From an uncultured delta proteobacterium (GTDB lineage: Bacteria > Bdellovibrionota > FAC87 > UBA2466), in NCBI GenBank assembly GCA_963778115.1, contig CAVZSV010000004.1, forward strand, positions 2,048,001-2,112,000: DNA of 64,000 nucleotides, given 5' to 3'. Below the pieces are notes generated by a model. It saw only the letters and a program-made list of their open reading frames with translations, ran no database searches and had not been told where the DNA came from. Position 1 is the first letter of the stretch, and each line of letters starts with the position of its first letter. The position numbers were made by a program, and so were the translations under genes. Of the stretch, positions 34,769-47,595 are shown piece after piece.

Positions 34769-35269
34769 ATGGAAGTAAAAGAACTGCTTCCCAACATGAC
34801 GTTCTTTATAATGTTGGGTCTCTTCTTTGCCTCTTATGTGATGTTAAAGACCTTTGTCTTTACACCCTATCTCGGTTTGCTCGAGGCACGCCGAGCAAAG
34901 ACAAGCGGCCTCAAAGAGAGGGCTTTCGAGGAGCAGGAACGCGCCCAAAAGCTCAAAGAGGATTACGAGACTTTCATGAAAGCCGAGCGACGAAAAGTGG
35001 CGACTTGGATGGAAGAAGAGAGAAAACGTGTCGCGGAGGAAGAGCGGCAAGTGATTCAACAAGCGCGTGATAAGTCGAATGCGGAATTGGGAAAGATTCG
35101 AGATTCGATTCACGCCGAAACGGAAAGAGCGCGCGAGGAACTTTTACCCTTAGTGAATGAATATTCGAGTCACCTAGCGAGCAAGGTACTGGGCCACAAA
35201 GTAAAAGTTTCGGCTGCGGGAGCGGTTTCAAAGAACCGCAGTTCCGCCGAACCTTTGGTATCCGGGTGA
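34769..35269 (+). CDS. ATP synthase F0 subunit b'
   Basis: N-terminal TM (F.P....L..R) followed by charged coiled coil; heads the atp operon. Confidence 0.85.
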   Translation: MEVKELLPNMTFFIMLGLFFASYVMLKTFVFTPYLGLLEARRAKTSGLKERAFEEQERAQKLKEDYETFMKAERRKVATWMEEERKRVAEEERQVIQQARDKSNAELGKIRDSIHAETERAREELLPLVNEYSSHLASKVLGHKVKVSAAGAVSKNRSSAEPLVSG

Positions 35270-35276
35270 GAACGCC

Positions 35277-35756
35277 ATGTCGACAATAATACCCATCATT
35301 TTTAATTTCTTGGCAGTTCTGGCTATTTTGTATTTCTCGACTCGCAAAGCCTTCACGCAGTTTCTTATTAATCGTAGTAAAGAGATCGCAAATGCTATCA
35401 CCGAAGCAGAAAAGCTTTATGCCGAGGCCAGCAGCCAACTAGCTCAGTGCGAAGCAGATACCAAGAATTCGCAAGATCATGCCAAAACGCTTTTCGACGA
35501 TGCCAAAGTAACGCTCGAACGAATACGTAAGACGGCGCTTGAAAAAGCAAGAGCCGAAGCGGAACGAGTGAGCAAAGAAGCCGCCCTTACCAGCAAGACC
35601 GAATTTGCCCGGGCGAAATTGGCCCTTCAACGCGAGCTTGCGGAAAAAAGTTTGAAGGAAGCGGAGGCCTACCTAAAAGGCCATTTGAATGACGAAGATC
35701 GGCATGGACTGGTGAGTAACTACGTAGAGACAGTGGGGAACGGTCATGCAGGCTAA
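35277..35756 (+). CDS. atpF: ATP synthase F0 subunit b
   Basis: IFNFLAV TM, R...I...I.EA coiled coil. Confidence 0.85.
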   Translation: MSTIIPIIFNFLAVLAILYFSTRKAFTQFLINRSKEIANAITEAEKLYAEASSQLAQCEADTKNSQDHAKTLFDDAKVTLERIRKTALEKARAEAERVSKEAALTSKTEFARAKLALQRELAEKSLKEAEAYLKGHLNDEDRHGLVSNYVETVGNGHAG

Positions 35757-36297
35757 CTCCAAGATCGCCCTGCGCTACGCCCGCGCTATTGTGGATTCCT
35801 TAAAAGACGCCAAGATCACTCAAGCCGTCGTGGACGAACTTAGAGCCCTTGCCCAAACGATGGCGTCCTCTAAAGAGCTTGAACTTGTACTGACCTCGGC
35901 CATCTTTTCCGAACAGGCTCGCCAAGAGGTGATCTCCGATTTGGTGGCAAAGCTAAAGCTCTCCCCGCAAACCCACCGGATTTTGAAGGTCATCACCGAA
36001 GCTAAACGGATGAAGTTTATCGCGGTGATTGCGGAAAGTGTTCATTATCTTCAACTAGAGTCTACCGGAATCGTCCCCTTGAAGGTTCAAGCAGCGGGCG
36101 ATCTTAACGGCGACGAGAAGAAAAAGATCGAAACAAAATTTTCCAAACTTTTAGGCAAAGACGTTGAGGCTAGCTACGAAGTAGATCCAACGCTCATCGG
36201 AGGAGTCAAAGTGACGGCCGCAGGCCGCACTTACGATGGTTCCGTGGCGGGATGGCTCAATACCTTTGAAGAACGGCTAGTCGGAGGGAGTATCTAA
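35746..36297 (+). CDS. atpH: ATP synthase F1 delta
   Basis: [21 protein letters not shown]. Confidence 0.93.
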   Translation: MQANSKIALRYARAIVDSLKDAKITQAVVDELRALAQTMASSKELELVLTSAIFSEQARQEVISDLVAKLKLSPQTHRILKVITEAKRMKFIAVIAESVHYLQLESTGIVPLKVQAAGDLNGDEKKKIETKFSKLLGKDVEASYEVDPTLIGGVKVTAAGRTYDGSVAGWLNTFEERLVGGSI

Positions 36298-37802
36298 TGC
36301 AAATACGTGCTGACGAGATTAGTCAGATTATTCGAAAACGAATCGATGAATTTGACCGAGAGGTCCAGATCGCTGAGACCGGAACGGTATTGAGCGTCGG
36401 AGACGGAGTTTCTAAGATCTACGGGCTTCAGAATGCGATGGCCGGAGAGATGGTGGAATTCCCCGGTAATATCTTCGGCGTGGTGCTCAATCTCGAAGAG
36501 GAGAGTGTCGGTGTCGCCATTTTCGGACAGGTCACCGCGATTAAGGAAGGCGACACCGTAAAGCGGACGGGCCGCATTCTTCAAGTTCCTGTCGGTATGG
36601 CGATGGTGGGACGAGTGGTAAACGCCCTTGGGCAACCCATCGACGGTTTGGGAGCCATCGAATCCAAAGATTTTCGTAACGTGGAGATCAAAGCTCCCGG
36701 TATCGTGAAACGCGCCTCGGTGAATCAGCCTCTGCAGACCGGAATCAAAGCGATCGATGCCATGGTGCCGATCGGACGTGGACAGAGAGAGCTTATCATC
36801 GGTGATCGTCAAACCGGCAAGACCGCTATTGCGGTGGACACGATTATCAACCAAAAGGGACAAAACGTATTTTGTATTTACGTTGCTATCGGACAGAAGA
36901 ATTCAACCGTTGCGCAGGTAGTGGAACGATTACGATCTTCGGGAGCAATGGAATATACGACCGTTGTTTCGGCTACCGCTAGCGAACAGGCTCCTTTGCA
37001 GTACATTGCGGCTTATGCCGGAGTCACCATGGGAGAATATTTTAGGGACACCGGAAAACACGCTTTGATCATTTATGATGATTTAACCAAACAGGCTCAG
37101 GCGTATCGTCAGCTATCCCTGCTACTTCGACGGCCGCCAGGTCGCGAGGCCTATCCCGGAGACGTTTTCTATCTCCATAGCCGTCTTTTGGAGCGAGCCG
37201 CGAAGTTGAGTGAAAAAGAAGGGGGCGGAAGTTTGACCGCACTTCCTATTATTGAAACTCAGGCCGGTGACGTTTCGGCGTATATTCCCACGAACGTGAT
37301 TTCGATCACCGATGGTCAGATCTTTTTAGATACCGACCTTTTCTATTCTGGTATTCGTCCGGCGATTAACGTTGGTCTTTCGGTCTCTCGTGTGGGAGGA
37401 AGTGCACAGATCAAGGCGATGAAGCAGGTAGCTGGTAACCTTCGATTGAGTTTAACTCAGTATCGGGAGCTTGCGGCTTTTGCACAGTTCGGTTCGGATC
37501 TCGACAAAGCTACTCAAGACATGTTGTCTCGCGGAGAGCGAATGGTATCGGTACTAAAACAAGGGCAATACCAGCCGTTGGCCGTCGAAAAGCAGATTGT
37601 GATTATTTATGCCGGAACGAACGGCCGGTTGGATAAGCTTCCGGTCTCTCGGGTTTCGGATTACGAGCGTGGCCTTTACGATTTCCTCGAAACGAAATAT
37701 CCCAATGTGCTCGAATCGGTTCGCCAGAAGAAACAGATCGACGACGAGGTCAAAGGCTCTCTTAACAAGGCCTTAGACGAGTACGGAGCATCCTTTACCT
37801 GA
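36297..37802 (+). CDS. atpA: ATP synthase F1 alpha
   Basis: [31 protein letters not shown]. Confidence 0.98.
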   Translation: MQIRADEISQIIRKRIDEFDREVQIAETGTVLSVGDGVSKIYGLQNAMAGEMVEFPGNIFGVVLNLEEESVGVAIFGQVTAIKEGDTVKRTGRILQVPVGMAMVGRVVNALGQPIDGLGAIESKDFRNVEIKAPGIVKRASVNQPLQTGIKAIDAMVPIGRGQRELIIGDRQTGKTAIAVDTIINQKGQNVFCIYVAIGQKNSTVAQVVERLRSSGAMEYTTVVSATASEQAPLQYIAAYAGVTMGEYFRDTGKHALIIYDDLTKQAQAYRQLSLLLRRPPGREAYPGDVFYLHSRLLERAAKLSEKEGGGSLTALPIIETQAGDVSAYIPTNVISITDGQIFLDTDLFYSGIRPAINVGLSVSRVGGSAQIKAMKQVAGNLRLSLTQYRELAAFAQFGSDLDKATQDMLSRGERMVSVLKQGQYQPLAVEKQIVIIYAGTNGRLDKLPVSRVSDYERGLYDFLETKYPNVLESVRQKKQIDDEVKGSLNKALDEYGASFT

Positions 37803-37827
37803 AAGGGCAGATAGCTACGACTAAATT

Positions 37828-38712
37828 ATGGCAAGTCTTAAAGACATTCGAAAGCGCATCTCAAGCGTAAAGAGTACTCGGCAGATCACTCGTGCCATGA
37901 AGATGGTGGCGGCGGCGAAGTTGCGTAGATCTCAGGAAGCCATCTTACAAGCACGTCCCTACGCCTATCGGGTTTATTCGATTCTTTTGTCTCTAGCGCA
38001 GAAAGAAGGAATCAAACATCCCCTACTGGAACAACGATCTGAGAAAAATATTCTAGTCGTAATTTTGGCAGGGGATCGAGGGCTTTGTGGTGCCTTTAAT
38101 GCAAACGTATTTAAGGAAAGCCAAAAATTCTTAAAAGCCAAAGCAGCCGAAGGGGTTACCGTCTCGGTCCAATGTATTGGGAAAAAAGCCTACGACTTCT
38201 TCAAGAAAAAGGTCAACGTGGTGGCCTACCATGAGGGAATTCTCTCTAACGCTAGTTACGCAAGAGCGTCGGCGATTGCCGATAAGATTATCGCTTCCTA
38301 TAGCGGAGGTGAGTTCGATGCCATCTACCTTATTTACAACGAATTCAAATCAGCGATTCAACAGAAGGTCGCGGTGGAACGCTTGATACCGGTATCCGTT
38401 CAGGTACCTGAAGGTGTTGTGGGAATCCTGCGAGCGAACGAAGAAGATCGCTTTAAGAATTATATTTTTGAGCCTTCAAAAGATGAGATTTTGAACGAGG
38501 TTGTCCCACGGCATTTTCGCATGCAGTTCTTTCGCGCCGTTCTTGAGTCGGTGGCCAGTGAGCACGGAGCTAGAATGTCGTCGATGGAGAACGCGACAAA
38601 GAATGCATCTGACATGATTGACGGCCTCACGTTGCAATACAACAAAGCTCGCCAAGCGAGCATTACTCGAGAGTTAATGGAAATCGTCGGTGGCGTTGAG
38701 GCCATGAGATAA
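37828..38712 (+). CDS. atpG: ATP synthase F1 gamma
   Basis: ITRAMKMVAAAK, DRGLCGAFN, RQASITREL. Confidence 0.98.
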   Translation: MASLKDIRKRISSVKSTRQITRAMKMVAAAKLRRSQEAILQARPYAYRVYSILLSLAQKEGIKHPLLEQRSEKNILVVILAGDRGLCGAFNANVFKESQKFLKAKAAEGVTVSVQCIGKKAYDFFKKKVNVVAYHEGILSNASYARASAIADKIIASYSGGEFDAIYLIYNEFKSAIQQKVAVERLIPVSVQVPEGVVGILRANEEDRFKNYIFEPSKDEILNEVVPRHFRMQFFRAVLESVASEHGARMSSMENATKNASDMIDGLTLQYNKARQASITRELMEIVGGVEAMR

Positions 38713-38720
38713 GGAAATAA

Positions 38721-40575
<1,855 letters not shown>

Positions 40576-40579
<4 letters not shown>

Positions 40580-41235
40580 ACGATGTGGAAGAAGCTTCCT
40601 TAAAGATAAACGAAATTTTCTTTAGCATTCAGGGCGAGAGTCTCCTTGCGGGAAAACCCACGGTTTTCGTAAGAACGGCGACGTGTAATCTTCGGTGCAC
40701 CTATTGCGACACTCGTTACGCCTTTTGGGAAGGCAAAGTAATGAGCATTGATGCCATTTTAGAAGAAGTTCGAAAGTTTGGCGGAGAGTATGTTTGCCTT
40801 ACTGGTGGCGAACCGCTGGGCCAAAAAGGTTCGATTGTTCTGATGGAAAAATTGCTCGCCGAAAAATATACGGTTTCGCTAGAGACCAACGGAAGTTTTT
40901 CTATCAAAGACGTTCCCCTAGCCGTTATTAAAGTCATCGACATTAAGTGTCCCGATAGTGGAGAAGCCGAAACGATAGCTTGGGAAAACCTAAGCCTTGC
41001 GCGCAAAGAGGATCAGTTTAAGTTTGTCGTCGCCTCTCGTGCCGATTTCGACTGGTCCCAAAAGGTTTGCCAAGATCATAAACTTCACGAAAGGTGTTCG
41101 GTCCTCTTCTCTCCTGCTTACGGCAAAGTCAGCCCTTCGGATTTAGCTAAATGGATCTTGGACGCTCACGCCAAAGTAACGATGCAGCTTCAGATGCATA
41201 AAGAGATCTGGGGACCAAACGAACGGGGAGTCTGA
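40576..41235 (+). CDS. queE: 7-carboxy-7-deazaguanine synthase (radical SAM)
   Basis: EIFFSIQGE, CNLRCTYCDT, TGGEPL, ETNG, QLQMHK. Confidence 0.92.
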
Positions 41236-41252
41236 TTCTCTAATTTGAGCTA

Positions 41253-42722
41253 CTAATATCGTCGATTAGAGTTTACCCATTCCTGAGTACGAGCTCGGTT
41301 GAACTCCGTAGTTTCTTGAATGCGTCGTTGTTCGCCGGCCCACCAGTTTTGGTAGTTCACCTGTCCTCGGTAATTGGCGTCCGTTTGGTAAAGATAGTCC
41401 TGGGGAGATTGCTGGTTGTTCCGACGGAAAAAAGCCTCCACCTCTCGCTCCGACTTTAGCTGCTTGGCAGCTTCTTCCTCTTTCCACTTATCCTGGAGAG
41501 CAAAGCTTTTCGCTTCGGCAACGGACATAAGATCCTGTCCGAGAGCTCTTCCAATCAAGGAAGAATATTTTTGGATCTCTTCTTTGGATAAGGGGGTGCC
41601 GTTTTGAATATGGTTTTCGAGCGAATACTCAAAGGGAAAAGCGCGATTTTCGATGAGCCGTCGGAGCAGGCCCTGGGGGGTGTAATTCCATCTCTTCGCG
41701 AACGTTTCCACTGCTTCGCCACTCCCGCTCGGCGTGGCATTGAGTGTAGGCGTATTTCTGTCCTCGGGTTTCACCGCAAGTCGAGTACACAGGGCTCGCA
41801 AGGGAGTGACACTGTTACGGGTATTCAAAAACTTCCCATATCCTGGCAAGGATTCCAAATCTGAGTGCCAGTCCGCGGGAACGGGAAAGACAGAGGACGA
41901 GGCTTTCCAGGTGAAAAGATCGTGGTTCAACACCAGACTCACGGAGCGCGCGGCAGGAGTGTAACCAGTCCTAGAGCCTGCTCTTTGGGCCAGACTCCAG
42001 CGATACCATGTATAGATACTCTCGCCCGCCATGGCCTCATGTTGAAACCATGCGGAGAGTTCTCCCAGATGTGAGTAGTTGACTAGGGCATGCAGTGGAG
42101 CCATTGCCCAACCCGAGTTGCATAAGGAATCTAGATTCGTATTGGATGAAATGGGGTCGGAAATTTGCCAAAGTCGCTCTCCCTCAAAGAAGGTGGGCCT
42201 GAGACTTAGGAGCACTCTCCTATAGAGCTTTGGATTTTCTTCGAACCGTAGGACGCCGGACCCGTCGTTTAATGGCTCCAAGACCTCCGATTCCGCTTGA
42301 TAAAGTCGGGAAAGAGGAAATTTTTCGGTGAGCTTTTCGCCAGCCCGTTGGGAGGCAATATGATTTTTCAAATCGCGACCTAGGGCATCTGGACTGGACT
42401 CTTTCTTAGGGACTCCATAAAGCGCATGGAGGGAAGTGACAAAGACCGACTCTTTAATGGAATAGGGACCTTCCCCGCTTACGTGCTGACACCGCTCGAA
42501 CAGAGTCGGCGACTCTGTCTGTTGAAGCTGCTCTAGCGTAAGAGGCTCGTTTCCACAGGCTTGGTAATGGAGGATCCGCGCTCCCTCTGGGCCTTGTACC
42601 GCCATAAGTGCCGTGCTTTGCGCCGTCTTCAAAAGCAACGCGGCTTCGCCCCCTGGGGAAAGGGTGAGAAAAATATAAAATACTGCAATTCCAAATAGGT
42701 AAGTCGTCTTCATCCGTTTCAT
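41253..42722 (-). CDS. Hypothetical secreted protein
   Basis: 489-aa ORF with signal-peptide-like N-terminus; no family recognised. Confidence 0.7.
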   Translation of the reverse strand: MKRMKTTYLFGIAVFYIFLTLSPGGEAALLLKTAQSTALMAVQGPEGARILHYQACGNEPLTLEQLQQTESPTLFERCQHVSGEGPYSIKESVFVTSLHALYGVPKKESSPDALGRDLKNHIASQRAGEKLTEKFPLSRLYQAESEVLEPLNDGSGVLRFEENPKLYRRVLLSLRPTFFEGERLWQISDPISSNTNLDSLCNSGWAMAPLHALVNYSHLGELSAWFQHEAMAGESIYTWYRWSLAQRAGSRTGYTPAARSVSLVLNHDLFTWKASSSVFPVPADWHSDLESLPGYGKFLNTRNSVTPLRALCTRLAVKPEDRNTPTLNATPSGSGEAVETFAKRWNYTPQGLLRRLIENRAFPFEYSLENHIQNGTPLSKEEIQKYSSLIGRALGQDLMSVAEAKSFALQDKWKEEEAAKQLKSEREVEAFFRRNNQQSPQDYLYQTDANYRGQVNYQNWWAGEQRRIQETTEFNRARTQEWVNSNRRY

Positions 42723-42884
42723 CTAGAGCCCATAACGTGATGTGTCAATGGCACGGAGGGCAAAAGCGGCGGGATTGGGGGGGAGGTCTTTACTATCCGT
42801 TCCCACTATCTCAATCCAACCCCTTGCCGATACTGAGGAATCCGATTTGCCTCGGTCGTTCTTTTCTACTAAAAGGAGGCTACG

Positions 42885-43802
42885 ATGCCTTCTTCCCCAC
42901 AAAATCCGCGTCCGGCTCCTAAACCAGACTGGCTTAAAGTCAAAGCCCCCGGAGGAGAAAAATACGCCCAAATTAAGCAGCTCTTAAGAGGGCTCAATCT
43001 TCATACCGTTTGCGAAGAGGCCAGTTGTCCCAACGTCGCTGAATGTTGGGGAGGGGGAACGGCGACCGTCATGTTGATGGGGGATGTCTGTACCCGGGGT
43101 TGTCGATTTTGCCATGTGAAGAGCGGAAACCCCAAAGGCATTTTGGATCTCGACGAGCCCGTCAAGGTGGCTTCGGCCGTCGCGGAACTAGGTCTTACTT
43201 ATCTGGTGCTAACGTCGGTCGATAGGGATGACTTACCGGATGGGGGTGCGGATCACTTTGCGCGAACCGTCGAAGCAATTAAATTGAGGGCTCCGTCGAC
43301 TTTGGTTGAAGTATTAGTTCCGGATTTTCAAGGAGATGACGCGGCTTTAGCGAGAATCGCAAGCTCCGGCGCCGATGTGATTGCTCACAACGTCGAGACG
43401 GTGGAGCGGTTGCAGCAGAAAGTTCGCGACGGACGGGCGGGATATCGGCAATCGCTTGAAGTGTTGCGAAGGGTCAAGGCCCTTGGGGTTAGGTACACCA
43501 AATCGTCGATCATGCTGGGTCTGGGGGAGACGCAAGCAGAAATTTCGACTACTATGGACGACCTGAGAAAGGTAGGGGTCGACATTCTCACCATCGGACA
43601 GTACCTGAGACCTTCGTCATGGCACCTTCCGGTGGAAGAATACGTTCACCCTTCTCTGTTTCAGAAATATGAAGCGATGGGACTCGAAAAAGGATTTCTC
43701 TTCGTTCCTTCGGGCCCTCTGGTTCGCAGTTCCTATAAAGCGGGAGAAAAATTTCTTGAAGCCCGCTTAAGACAAGATCGCAATAACGAAACGCTCCGGT
43801 AA
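42885..43802 (+). CDS. lipA: Lipoyl synthase
   Basis: CEEASCPNVAEC, CTRGCRFC, VRSSY. Confidence 0.97.
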   Translation: MPSSPQNPRPAPKPDWLKVKAPGGEKYAQIKQLLRGLNLHTVCEEASCPNVAECWGGGTATVMLMGDVCTRGCRFCHVKSGNPKGILDLDEPVKVASAVAELGLTYLVLTSVDRDDLPDGGADHFARTVEAIKLRAPSTLVEVLVPDFQGDDAALARIASSGADVIAHNVETVERLQQKVRDGRAGYRQSLEVLRRVKALGVRYTKSSIMLGLGETQAEISTTMDDLRKVGVDILTIGQYLRPSSWHLPVEEYVHPSLFQKYEAMGLEKGFLFVPSGPLVRSSYKAGEKFLEARLRQDRNNETLR

Positions 43803-43819
43803 GCGGAGGAAATCTAATT

Positions 43820-45052
43820 ATGGTAATGGCGGAGACTGTGAAGGCAAAAAGAAAAATATCTTCTGGGGGAGTTACAAGAACGACAACGGTTCGCGAAAGC
43901 AAGACGACCAAGGCACCCAAACCGAAAGTGGGTGTTCTACGCTCCGACTGTTTTCGTGTGCTCAACGACGACAACGAAGCCGATCCGAAGTTAGAGCCCA
44001 GGTTAAGTAAGGAACAGCTCTTAAGAATGTACCGCAACATGGCTTTGACTCGCGCTTACGATGAACGGGGAATGATGCTACAGCGCCAAGGGCGAATCGG
44101 ATTTACGGTTCCCTCCTTCGGACAAGAGGCGATCCAAACCGGAACGGTAGCCGCGATTGAGGACGAGGATTTTATCTTTCCCAGTTACCGGGAACCCGGT
44201 GTTTTCATCTATCGAGGGGCCAGTCTCTATCAGATGGTCAGTAACCTGTACGGAAACTCAGGCGATGTTTGCAAAGGCAGACAGATGCCGGTTCACTACA
44301 GTTTTGCCGATCTGAAACTCTTTAGCGTTTCGAGCCCCATTGCGACTCAAGTCATTCAAGCCGTGGGGGCCGCGATGGCCTATAAGATCCGCAAGGAGAA
44401 AAATCTCACCATCACCTACTTTGGAGATGGGGGAACTTCAGAAAACGATTTTCACACCGGAATGACCTTTGCCGGAGCTTTTAAGGCTCCGACCATTTTT
44501 ATCTGTACGAACAATCAGTACGCCATCTCGGTACCCGTATTTAAACAGATGGGAAATCCTAAGATCGTCGATAAAGCGGCGGGCTATGGAATGCCGGGAA
44601 TTGCCGTCGATGGCAATGATGTTCTCGCCGTTTATGCGGCGACCAAAGCGGCCGCCGATCGGGCAAGACGGGGTGAAGGCCCTTCGTTTCTTGAATGCCT
44701 GACATTGCGAATGGGGCCTCACTCTTCTTCCGATGACCCGACACGGTATCGCGATGAGAAATTATTTGAGGCATGGCAAAAACGGGATCCCATTAAACGA
44801 TTTTGCGAATATCTGACGCGAAAAAAGTTATGGAACGCGGATTTGGAAAAGAAGCTGCAAGAAGAGATCAAAAGTGAACTCGCCACAGCGGTTGAAAAGG
44901 CGGAGGGCGATCCGCAGCCGTCGTTGGAAGAATTTTTCGACGACGTATACGCGAAGCTGACGCCACAGTTGGAACGTCAGAAAAGAGAGCTTCTGCACGA
45001 GCGGGAGCTACGGGGCAAATTCGAAAACACCAGTGAAGCGTTTCCGCTCTAA
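43820..45052 (+). CDS. 2-oxoacid dehydrogenase E1 alpha (branched-chain-like)
   Basis: LQRQGRI, GRQMPVHY, GDGGTSE..N TPP motif, HSSSDDPTRYR. Confidence 0.93.
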   Translation: MVMAETVKAKRKISSGGVTRTTTVRESKTTKAPKPKVGVLRSDCFRVLNDDNEADPKLEPRLSKEQLLRMYRNMALTRAYDERGMMLQRQGRIGFTVPSFGQEAIQTGTVAAIEDEDFIFPSYREPGVFIYRGASLYQMVSNLYGNSGDVCKGRQMPVHYSFADLKLFSVSSPIATQVIQAVGAAMAYKIRKEKNLTITYFGDGGTSENDFHTGMTFAGAFKAPTIFICTNNQYAISVPVFKQMGNPKIVDKAAGYGMPGIAVDGNDVLAVYAATKAAADRARRGEGPSFLECLTLRMGPHSSSDDPTRYRDEKLFEAWQKRDPIKRFCEYLTRKKLWNADLEKKLQEEIKSELATAVEKAEGDPQPSLEEFFDDVYAKLTPQLERQKRELLHERELRGKFENTSEAFPL

Positions 45053-45063
45053 GGATTTAAACC

Positions 45064-46038
45064 ATGGCTAATTTGACCTTATTACAAGCGGTCCGGGATG
45101 CTCTGTTAAGCGAAATGGCGATTGATCCTAGAATTGTACTCATGGGAGAAGACGTCGGCCTTAACGGAGGGGTCTTTCGGGCCACCGAAGGACTGCAGAA
45201 GGAATTTGGGGAAGAGCGGGTGATGGACACCCCTTTGAATGAGAGCGGCATCATAGGGATGGCGGTTGGAATGGCTTTGAATGGCTTGCGGCCGGTTCCC
45301 GAAATACAATTCATGGATTTTATCTATCCCGCCTTCGATCAGATCGTGAGCGAAGTGGCAAAGATTCGCTATCGCACGGGAGGAACTTTCACCTGTCCGA
45401 TGGTAATTCGTACTCCCTATGGCGGAGGGATCAAAGGGGGCCATTACCACTCGCAAAGTTCGGAGGCCTATTTCATCCATACGCCTGGACTCAAGGTTGT
45501 CGTGCCCTCTAACCCCTATGATACGAAGGGGCTGTTGATAAGCGCCATGCGCGACGAAGACCCTGTCATGTTTCTCGAGCCCAAGCGGCTATATCGATCC
45601 TTGAAAGGTGAAGTTCCAGAGGATAGTTATACCGTCGATATCGGAAAGGCCCAGGTCGTAAAGCCCGGTAAGGATGTCACGGTCCTAGCCTGGGGGGCGA
45701 TGGTTCCTATCTGTATGAAGGCCGCGGAGCTGTGTCTGCCCCGAGGTGCCGACTGCGAAGTGATCGACGTCCGTAGCCTAGTGCCGCTTGATGAGGAGAC
45801 TATCCTGGAATCGGTAAAAAAGACGGGACGGGTAGTGATAGTGCATGAAGCCCCCAAGACGTGCGGTTTTGGGGCCGAGCTTTCAGCCCTCATCGCGGAA
45901 GAGGCTATCCTTTATTTGGAAGCCCCGATTCTTCGGGTGGCAGGATTTGATACCCCGTTTCCCTATACCTTGGAGCACATCTACATGCCGGACGCGGAAC
46001 GGGTTGCTCTTGCCGTAGGCAAGGTGAAAAATTTCTGA
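45064..46038 (+). CDS. 2-oxoacid dehydrogenase E1 beta
   Basis: GEDVG..GGVFRAT, DTPLNE, EIQF, GGHYHSQS. Confidence 0.95.
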   Translation: MANLTLLQAVRDALLSEMAIDPRIVLMGEDVGLNGGVFRATEGLQKEFGEERVMDTPLNESGIIGMAVGMALNGLRPVPEIQFMDFIYPAFDQIVSEVAKIRYRTGGTFTCPMVIRTPYGGGIKGGHYHSQSSEAYFIHTPGLKVVVPSNPYDTKGLLISAMRDEDPVMFLEPKRLYRSLKGEVPEDSYTVDIGKAQVVKPGKDVTVLAWGAMVPICMKAAELCLPRGADCEVIDVRSLVPLDEETILESVKKTGRVVIVHEAPKTCGFGAELSALIAEEAILYLEAPILRVAGFDTPFPYTLEHIYMPDAERVALAVGKVKNF

Positions 46039-46049
46039 TGGTGATACTA

Positions 46050-46238
46050 TGCCGAGCGAAAAGTTCGAGGCCGAGGACGCACAAAGCAGGAACCGGAGGC
46101 GACCGTTTAAGGTCGTTGATTTTCCCACATTCGCTTGCGAATGTGGGTACCCGGTTAATATTTTTAGGGGCCCCCCATTGGCATAGCCAATTGGGGCTAG
46201 GCTGCGGAGGATGCGGGCATCGGGCTTTGCAGCCGGCA
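46050..46238. mobile_element. MITE/REP-like palindromic element
   Basis: Imperfect 23-bp terminal inverted repeats (46050-46072 and 46216-46238) enclosing three hairpins. Confidence 0.5.
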
Positions 46239-46253
46239 GGGAGGTAGGTAGTT

Positions 46254-47576
46254 ATGGAGTTCAAGTTACCTGACATAGGCGAAGGAGTTCATGAAGGCGA
46301 AATTACCAAGTGGTTGGTAAATGCCGGAGATCCGATTAAGGCCGATCAGCCCATGGTCGAAGTGATGACTGACAAGGCCACGGTAGAGATTCCCTCTCCC
46401 GTAACCGGTGTAGTTTCGGAGTTACTCGCCAAAGAGGGCGAGACTATCGAAGTCGGTAAGGTAATACTTAAGATTAATGAGAACGGAAAAGGCGGCGCGA
46501 AAGCGGAAACGGCTGCGGCATCGGCACCAGCTCCTGGCCCCGTCTCGGCTAAGCCAGAATCGACACCCGTGCCCGCACCTAGTCCCAAAAAAGCGGAACC
46601 TATTGGCGCAACCAAGGCTCCTGCTTCCCCCGAATGGGAATCCGAGGCACTTCCTTTTGACATTTTAGCGACTCCAGCAACCCGAAAGCTCGCGCGGGAT
46701 CTCAACGTAGATCTCAGAGGGGTTAGGGGAACAGGAACCGTCGGGCGGATCACGAAGATGGATGTTCAGATGGCTTATGAGGGGCACCAAGCGGCTGAAC
46801 CTCGAACGTCCCATCCGGCTCCGTCGACCGCACTCTCTACACCGTCACCGGCTTCCAAAACTCCAGTCGTGCAACGAGGGGCCCTGCAGCGCATTCCTTT
46901 AAGAGGCATTCGCAAGAAAATTTCCGAAGCCATGGCCCACTCTAAGCACACGGCGGCTCACTTCACTTATGTCGAAGAGGCCGATCTAACGGAAGTGGTA
47001 AAGATGCGGCTCGAGGCTAAGGAGGAAGCGGCGAAACGAAACATTAAGCTCACCTTCCTTCCCTTTATTATCAAAGCCCTCATTCCGGCGCTTAAGGAAT
47101 TTCCGTATCTAAATTCTTCGTTAGACGATGAAACTCAAGAGATCATCGTCAAAGGAGATTACAACATAGGGATAGCGACCGATACGCCTAATGGACTTAT
47201 GGTTCCCGTCATTAAAAATGCGGATTCCAAGAGTATTTGGGAACTTGCCTCTGAGATTCACGAGCTTTCCGAGAGGACCAAGAACGGAAAGGCCACTATC
47301 GACGAGCTGCGCGGAGGCACCTTTACCGTTACTAACGCGGGCTCCATTGGGGGAGTTTTTACGACTCCGGTCATTAATCACCCCGAAGTGGCTATTTTGG
47401 GAGTCAATGCCATTCGTAAACGACCCGTCGTCAAAAACGACGAGATTGTGATTGCCGATGTAATGTTCCTTTCCATGTCCGTTGACCATCGAGTGGTCGA
47501 CGGAGCGGATGCCGCTCGCTTCATGAATCGGTTGGTCTATTTTCTTTCGGAACCGACACGGTTAGTGTTCGCGTAA
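46254..47576 (+). CDS. Dihydrolipoamide acyltransferase E2
   Basis: Lipoyl motif MTDKATVE, ATPATRKLA E3-binding domain, DHRVVDG. Confidence 0.96.
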   Translation: MEFKLPDIGEGVHEGEITKWLVNAGDPIKADQPMVEVMTDKATVEIPSPVTGVVSELLAKEGETIEVGKVILKINENGKGGAKAETAAASAPAPGPVSAKPESTPVPAPSPKKAEPIGATKAPASPEWESEALPFDILATPATRKLARDLNVDLRGVRGTGTVGRITKMDVQMAYEGHQAAEPRTSHPAPSTALSTPSPASKTPVVQRGALQRIPLRGIRKKISEAMAHSKHTAAHFTYVEEADLTEVVKMRLEAKEEAAKRNIKLTFLPFIIKALIPALKEFPYLNSSLDDETQEIIVKGDYNIGIATDTPNGLMVPVIKNADSKSIWELASEIHELSERTKNGKATIDELRGGTFTVTNAGSIGGVFTTPVINHPEVAILGVNAIRKRPVVKNDEIVIADVMFLSMSVDHRVVDGADAARFMNRLVYFLSEPTRLVFA

Positions 47577-47595
47577 TAGATAGGTAGGAATTAGC

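Noticed and set aside
46038..46247. 69-aa ORF between E1-beta and E2
   Set aside because: Coincides with the palindromic element and has no protein-like features
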